Assembly: GCA_022823765.1 (NCBI GenBank)
Contig: JAJEHK010000255.1
Location: 1 to 50,929 of the forward strand
Source: Alphaproteobacteria bacterium
GTDB taxonomy: Bacteria > Pseudomonadota > Alphaproteobacteria > SP197
Length of the DNA stretch: 50,929 nt
Direction of reading: 5' to 3'
Made by a program: the position numbers and the translations under genes
Shown here: positions 46,094 through 50,929 of the stretch, piece after piece
Layout: each line of letters opens with the position of its first letter
Numbering within the stretch: the stretch's first letter is position 1
Notes under the pieces: model-generated
Databases searched by the model: none
Seen by the model: the letters and a program-made list of their open reading frames with translations, nothing else
Told to the model about the DNA's origin: nothing

Positions 46094-46567
46094 TCAGTGG
46101 TCCTCGGCGCGGAAGACCGAGTGACACCCGCCACACCCGTCGCGTCCAAGAGCCTGGAAGGCCGCAGCCTGCGAGTCGCCATCTCCCGAAGCCAGCGCCG
46201 TCTCGAGCATGGCCGCCCGCTCTCCCAGGAGCTGTGCGGCCATCTCGAACTCAGTCCAGTTTTCCCAGATGGCATCGAGAGCGCCGGTTCGGGGCAGGGC
46301 ATCCACGCCGGTCCCCGGAGGAAAGAGCCGTGGAATGGCAGATGCGGCGTCCTTCAGGACACCGGTTGCCGCCAGCGCCTCCTCCGCATCGTTGCGCCCG
46401 GAGAGGAAGCCCTTGATGGTCCGCATGGAGATCCCAAGTTCCTTCATGAACACCTGGCGCTCGTCGCTCAGCCTCTCGGCCTCCTCGAGACTGACGACGT
46501 CGTCTCCTGACCAGGCCACGGATCCCAGCATGAAAGAGACAACCACCGTCACGATGGCGGTACGCAT
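46094..46567 (-). CDS. cytochrome c' (class II c-type cytochrome)
   Basis: Signal peptide MRTAIVTVVVSFMLGSVAWS, helical body, and a single C-terminal haem site CGGCH close to the end. ATG 46567 follows GGAGGAA. Confidence 0.8.
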   Translation of the reverse strand: MRTAIVTVVVSFMLGSVAWSGDDVVSLEEAERLSDERQVFMKELGISMRTIKGFLSGRNDAEEALAATGVLKDAASAIPRLFPPGTGVDALPRTGALDAIWENWTEFEMAAQLLGERAAMLETALASGDGDSQAAAFQALGRDGCGGCHSVFRAEDH

Positions 46568-46843
46568 GGCCGGTTCCTCCCTTCTTGGATGTCCAAGAGA
46601 CTGGAACAGGTTGCCCGGAGCCTGCAAGTCCCGGACTGCAGTCGGGACGGAATTCGGCCGCTGGCGGTCCACCACGGAGGTCTTGCACGCGGGCCCGGGA
46701 CGAAGGCGAGACTTGACCCGGCGTCCCGATTGCGTGAATCGTGGGGTCTACCAGGGCCACGGCGAAATGAACAAGGCGGCCGACACGATCCCGGGTCATG
46801 GGTCAAGACCACCGGCAAATCGGCGAGGCAGGGAGGTGCAGCA

Positions 46844-48301
46844 ATGAGCAGGGGCACCACTGTCTTCGCCCTGATCGTTTCCGTGCTGCTCATCGCTGCA
46901 GCCGGCGTGCTCAACATGCTGGCAAGGCAGGGCGGCGAAGCGGTGCTCGCCGATGCTGCCGTGATGGCAACGGAGATTCGCGGTGGCGTGGCGGAGTCAG
47001 GGGCGTCGGCCGTCGACGGGTCTCTGGAGACGGCATCTCGACTGGTGGCAACCCTCGAGTCCATTCCCGACCTTGCGGACGACATCGCGGGCACTGCGGT
47101 CGCGTTGAGAGAGGGGCTGCAACAGAGAAGGCTCGCGATCGATGCCATCCTTGATGCGGATGCGGCGCTCACGCAAGCGATCGATGCCTGGAGGTCGGCG
47201 GCTGAATCGGTGGCTGGAGAAGCCGGAACGAGGGCACAGGAACTGACCGGGCTCGTGGAGGACATGGACCGATACCTTGCCGGGACCGGGTCCGCTCCGA
47301 CCCTTGATGCCGTGCGGGCCCACAACGACGTGACCCTTGTTGCGGCAGCAGACAGGCTGCTGACCGACAAGCGCACCCTTGACGAGCTGCATCAGGAGCT
47401 GGCTGTCGACAGGGTGGCCGGCGTTGCCGAGCAGCTTGTCATGTCCCTGGAGAACGAGCGCGCCCGGCGGGCGCTTGTCGTGCGCAACTATGACGACGGT
47501 ACGGTTGCCGCCCTCGGCGCCCTGGCGCTTTTCTGGGTTCTGCTTGGCATCCGTGGGCGTCGCCGCAGCGAGCCGGTTCAACAGACTGCGGACCCGGGGC
47601 GGGGAAGGCTGTTCATCCGCGGTACGGCGGCGGCAGTGACGGTGCGGGCCCAACGTCTCGCTTCGCACACCAATGCTCTCAGACAGTCCCGCCAGAGACT
47701 TGGAAACGCCATCATGGAGGCCGGGCTCGACCGGTCGCTCAATGACGATGCGCCCCTTCACCGGGAGGTCAAGGCGATGGACGTTCATCTCGCCACCCTG
47801 CGCGACGAAACCGGTGAGCTGTCGGCGCTGGGCAAGCGTCTGTGGACTCTCGCCGGGGAGGCGGCGCCGTCGCCGTCGGTCAGCATCAACGCGTGCATCA
47901 GGGAAGCCCTCGAGGCGATCAGGGCAGGCCACCGTATGCCCGTCATGACGGAACTTGCCGATGTCGGCCATGTCAGGGGCGTGGCATCCGACATTGTCCT
48001 GGCCCTGACAGCCCTGATCGAGAGAATTCTCACCGCCTCCCGGGAATCGGGATTGGGGCACAGCGCCGTTCGCGTCTTCACCACGGCCGGTGATGACCAG
48101 GTGCATGTCACCATCACCGGAGGGGCTCCCCTTCCGCGGTTCACGGAACACACGTTCAGGCCGTCCGGCGCCTCCCACGAACTGGCGCTGGCCGTCGCTC
48201 TTCTCAGGCGCCATGGCGGCAGTGTGACCCTGGGTTCATCCACTGCCGGGGAAGCCTCGGCACGCATATCCCTTGCTGCCGCATCGGGAGACCAGACATG
48301 A
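46844..48301 (+). CDS. two-TM membrane protein with Ala-rich helical periplasmic region and a degenerate C-terminal histidine-kinase-like ATPase domain
   Basis: MSRGTTVFALIVSVLLIAAAGVLNML (TM1), VAALGALALFWVLLGI (TM2). The C-terminal about 130 aa has HATPase_c-like layout (..VLALTALIERIL.., VHVTITGGAP.., LALAVALLRRHGGSVTL). I see no H-box and no DxGxG G1 box. ATG 46844 follows GGGAGG. Confidence 0.6.
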   Translation: MSRGTTVFALIVSVLLIAAAGVLNMLARQGGEAVLADAAVMATEIRGGVAESGASAVDGSLETASRLVATLESIPDLADDIAGTAVALREGLQQRRLAIDAILDADAALTQAIDAWRSAAESVAGEAGTRAQELTGLVEDMDRYLAGTGSAPTLDAVRAHNDVTLVAAADRLLTDKRTLDELHQELAVDRVAGVAEQLVMSLENERARRALVVRNYDDGTVAALGALALFWVLLGIRGRRRSEPVQQTADPGRGRLFIRGTAAAVTVRAQRLASHTNALRQSRQRLGNAIMEAGLDRSLNDDAPLHREVKAMDVHLATLRDETGELSALGKRLWTLAGEAAPSPSVSINACIREALEAIRAGHRMPVMTELADVGHVRGVASDIVLALTALIERILTASRESGLGHSAVRVFTTAGDDQVHVTITGGAPLPRFTEHTFRPSGASHELALAVALLRRHGGSVTLGSSTAGEASARISLAAASGDQT

Positions 48302-50289
48302 AGGCGTTGCGTTTTCGGGTTCGCAACTATCGCAACATCGAGGACAGCGGCTGGGTAGCACTCGATCCGGTCACGGTCCTTGTCGGGCGCAACGAGTCGG
48401 GCAAGACCTCCCTTCTGAAGGCACTCAACAAGTTCAATCCGGGCACGGCGGAAACCTATGATGCCCAGCGCGAGTTTCCACGTGACCGCTACACGCGCGA
48501 CTACATCCTTGCCGGTTCAACGGGGGCTGAGTGGCCTGTCTGTTCCATCGAGTTCGAGATTCCGGAACAGCAGAAGAGCGATATCGCGACCCTGCTGGGC
48601 CCGGCCCGGGCAGTGCCCGAGACGGTTACCGTCACGCGTCACTACGACGGCTCCCTCGGTTTTTCCTACATGCCGCAGATCGGAGCCAAACCGGCACAGC
48701 CAGCCCCTCTCATGGAGATCCTCGAGGGTCTGGCACTTGGAGACGACTCGCCGCGCCTGGCAGCATGGTCCAGCGAGTGGTACGACCGGTTCGCCGGGCT
48801 TGATGACGTCGCGAGCGCCACCGGCCGAACCCTGCTCACCGAAATCGACGAAGAGATTGCGGGACTTGATGATGAACGGCTCAGTGCTCTTGGCGCTGTC
48901 GTCACCGCCATGCTGCGGATGCCCTTCGGGAGCAGGGTGGTCGATCATGTCAATGCCCTGGTGGAACGTGAACTGCCGCGTCTCGTCTACTTCGAAAACT
49001 ACGGCGTGCTCGACAGCGCCATCTGGTTGCCGGAGATGTTCAGGGGCCTTGAACGCGAGGAACCGGAACCGCGTTTCAGAACGGCGCTTGCGCTTTTCCG
49101 TCATGCGGGCCTCGATCCCCGGGACATCGCGGAACTGGGTGCCACGGACAACAGGGCATCGGGTGAGGCGATGCAGCGCCAGATGGAGGAGCGGGCCATC
49201 CGGCTCAATGCAGCGTCGGTCGACATCAGCCGTCGCTGTGCCGAGCTGTGGTCACAACGGCGCCATCGCATCCGCTATCATGTTGACGGAGATTACTTCC
49301 GCATCAGGGTCGCTGACGATTCGCTGGAGGATGTGGAGATAGAGCTGGAATCCCGCGGCAAGGGCTTCCAGTGGTTCCTCTCCTTCTTCCTCGTCTTTGC
49401 CGCGGAGTCCGAGGGCGGCATGGGCGATGCCATCATATTGCTGGACGAGCCCGGTCTCAGCCTTCACCCGACGGCACAACGCGAACTGCTGGTGTTCTTC
49501 GAGCGTCTGTCCGAACAGAACCAGGTCATCTACACGACTCATTCGCCGTTCCTTATCGACGGCGATCACCTTGACCGGGTGCGTCCGGTGTTCGAGGACG
49601 ATACGGGGCATGCCCGCATCCTCAAGGGTTCATGGCCGGCCCATCCGGAAACGGTCTTCGCACTCAAGGCGGCAGCCGGGTATGCGATGTTCGATTCCCT
49701 GTCGGAGCAGGGTCGGTCTCTGCTTGTCGAACATGTCAGCGATGCCTGCTATCTGGAGGCGCTGTCGCGGCACTGCGCCCGGACCGGCAGGAGTGCGCTT
49801 GACGGATCCGTCGAAGTGGTGCCCTGTGGCGGTGCGGCGGTGTGCGGTTACCTGGCATCGCTTCTCATGGCCGAGAACCGTCGTCCTCTCATTCTCTTCG
49901 ACGGCACCGACACCGCGCGGCTTCGACGGCATGGACTGGTGAGGGAACTCCTTGATGAGGGAGACAGCTCGATGGTTCTCCTCGACGAGGCCCTTGGCTG
50001 GTCCGGACATGACGTGTGCCTCGAGGATCTGTTCGGAGAGAGCCTCATCCTCGAAGGTCTCGCAAGCGCGACCGGAATCCGCCTTTCGCTGGGTGAAGAT
50101 GGACATCAGGCCAGCCTCGTCGGCCGCATCGAGAGCGCGGCGGAGGCGGCGAACATCACGCTCCCCCGTTCCTGGCGGCTGTCGACGGCCCTGGCGGTGA
50201 CGTCGTCACAGGACTCCCCGCCGGATGACGTCCTCGATTCGGCATCGCTTCTCTTCACGCAACTTGCCGGCGACGGCAAGGGACGGTGA
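48298..50289 (+). CDS. OLD-family / PARIS-like nuclease: ABC-type ATPase fused to a Toprim (DUF4435-like) domain
   Basis: Walker A LVGRNESGKTS (aa 28-38), signature-like ESRGKGFQWFLSF, Walker B AIILLDEPGLSLHP, H-loop YTTHSP. C-terminal LLVEHVSD (Toprim Glu), VVPCGG, ILFDGTD (DxD) and CLEDLF. The ATG overlaps the upstream stop (ATGA at 48298-48301). Confidence 0.75.
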   Translation: MKALRFRVRNYRNIEDSGWVALDPVTVLVGRNESGKTSLLKALNKFNPGTAETYDAQREFPRDRYTRDYILAGSTGAEWPVCSIEFEIPEQQKSDIATLLGPARAVPETVTVTRHYDGSLGFSYMPQIGAKPAQPAPLMEILEGLALGDDSPRLAAWSSEWYDRFAGLDDVASATGRTLLTEIDEEIAGLDDERLSALGAVVTAMLRMPFGSRVVDHVNALVERELPRLVYFENYGVLDSAIWLPEMFRGLEREEPEPRFRTALALFRHAGLDPRDIAELGATDNRASGEAMQRQMEERAIRLNAASVDISRRCAELWSQRRHRIRYHVDGDYFRIRVADDSLEDVEIELESRGKGFQWFLSFFLVFAAESEGGMGDAIILLDEPGLSLHPTAQRELLVFFERLSEQNQVIYTTHSPFLIDGDHLDRVRPVFEDDTGHARILKGSWPAHPETVFALKAAAGYAMFDSLSEQGRSLLVEHVSDACYLEALSRHCARTGRSALDGSVEVVPCGGAAVCGYLASLLMAENRRPLILFDGTDTARLRRHGLVRELLDEGDSSMVLLDEALGWSGHDVCLEDLFGESLILEGLASATGIRLSLGEDGHQASLVGRIESAAEAANITLPRSWRLSTALAVTSSQDSPPDDVLDSASLLFTQLAGDGKGR

Positions 50290-50929
50290 ACGGCAGATTT
50301 GCCGTCTACTACACGCCCGAGGCCGCCTCGGAACTGGCGCGATTCGCCGCCAGCTGGCTGGGAGAGGAGGCCGGCTGTGTTCCCGGCATCCCGGAAGACC
50401 TCCGCCGTGACGTCGTCCGCATCCCCCGAGCCTATGGATTCCATGCGACGCTGAAGGCCCCGTTCATCCTTGCCCCGGGCACCACCGCGGATGCTCTCGC
50501 CTCGGCCACCGCCGCCCTCGCGGCGAGCTTCACCGCATTCCGGGCGCCGCCTCTGGACCTCGCCAGTGTCGACGGTTTTCTCGCTCTGGTGCTTCGTGAT
50601 CCCTGCCCGGACATGATGGACCTGTCGGAGGCGTGCGTGACGGCACTCGACCACTTTCGTGCGCCGCTGACTGACAGGGAAAGGGAACGCCGTCGATCGC
50701 AATGCCTCACGGCACGCCAGGAAGTGTTGCTCGACCGCTGGGGCTATCCCTTTGTTCTCGATGAATTCCGCTTTCACATGACGCTGACCCGGCGTCTCGA
50801 TGAGGGCCTGCGTGCACGTATCGCCGCCCTCCTGGAACGCAGGATAGAAAGCTTCATCGGGCGGGAGTGGCGCGTCGACTCCATCTCCCTCGTCCACCAG
50901 GCGTCACATGACGAGCGCTTCGTCGTGAA
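50286..50929 (+). CDS. 2H phosphoesterase superfamily protein (DUF1045 / phosphonate-metabolism-associated type), 3' end outside window
   Basis: My own translation from GTG 50286 (overlaps the upstream TGA as GTGA): VNGRFAVYYTPEAASELARFAASWLG...YGFHATLKAPF...FRFHMTLTRRL.... Two H-x-T-L motifs define 2H enzymes. The frame stays open to the window end, so it is absent from the ORF track. Confidence 0.7.
   Translation, partial: MNGRFAVYYTPEAASELARFAASWLGEEAGCVPGIPEDLRRDVVRIPRAYGFHATLKAPFILAPGTTADALASATAALAASFTAFRAPPLDLASVDGFLALVLRDPCPDMMDLSEACVTALDHFRAPLTDRERERRRSQCLTARQEVLLDRWGYPFVLDEFRFHMTLTRRLDEGLRARIAALLERRIESFIGREWRVDSISLVHQASHDERFVV

Noticed and set aside
46997-48214. 405-aa minus-strand ORF
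   Set aside because: It is antisense to the HK-like membrane protein gene. That gene has a good RBS, TM helices and translational coupling to the next gene.
1-50929. CRISPR arrays, IS elements/transposases, rRNA genes, prophage genes
   Set aside because: Reading both strands, I found no regularly spaced direct repeats, no terminal inverted repeats flanking a transposase-like ORF, and no rRNA-like or phage structural genes.

Overview
GC-rich (roughly two-thirds G+C by eye) alphaproteobacterial-type chromosomal segment. It is densely coded on both strands, with about 50 real genes plus many long antisense shadow ORFs. No rRNA, CRISPR array, transposase or integrase is visible. Order of content: (1) Fe-S and Mo subunits of a xanthine-dehydrogenase-family enzyme, bolA, a maleate-isomerase/DUF2889 pair, and two membrane transporters. 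(2) A housekeeping block: aroB-aroK, a small membrane ORF, an exported Ala-rich protein, xerD, L-malyl-CoA lyase, accA and tRNA-Arg(ACG). (3) A mixed patch: TauE exporter, acyl-CoA synthetase, dimethylformamidase-like protein, secreted TPR protein, small secreted proteins, and a RES-Xre toxin-antitoxin pair behind a near-consensus promoter. (4) A LacI-controlled TctABC / acylating aldehyde dehydrogenase / acyl-CoA ligase catabolic cluster, followed by a deletion scar. (5) A methylamine demethylation cluster: FAD oxidoreductase, dimethylglycine-dehydrogenase-like enzyme and homocysteine S-methyltransferase. It hides a SelW-like selenoprotein gene with an in-frame UGA that the ORF track misses. 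(6) A decayed ArsR-like regulator, MFS pump, quinone oxidoreductase, SDR, nucleoside hydrolase, M20 peptidase, DmdA-like aminomethyltransferase, and a methyltransferase/cytochrome b561/cytochrome c' group. (7) At the 3' edge, a translationally coupled operon: a membrane histidine-kinase-like protein, an ABC-ATPase fused to a Toprim (OLD/PARIS-like) nuclease, and a 2H phosphoesterase. This operon is my best candidate for an uncharacterised (defence-type) system. All family calls come from reading motifs by eye. No searches were run.
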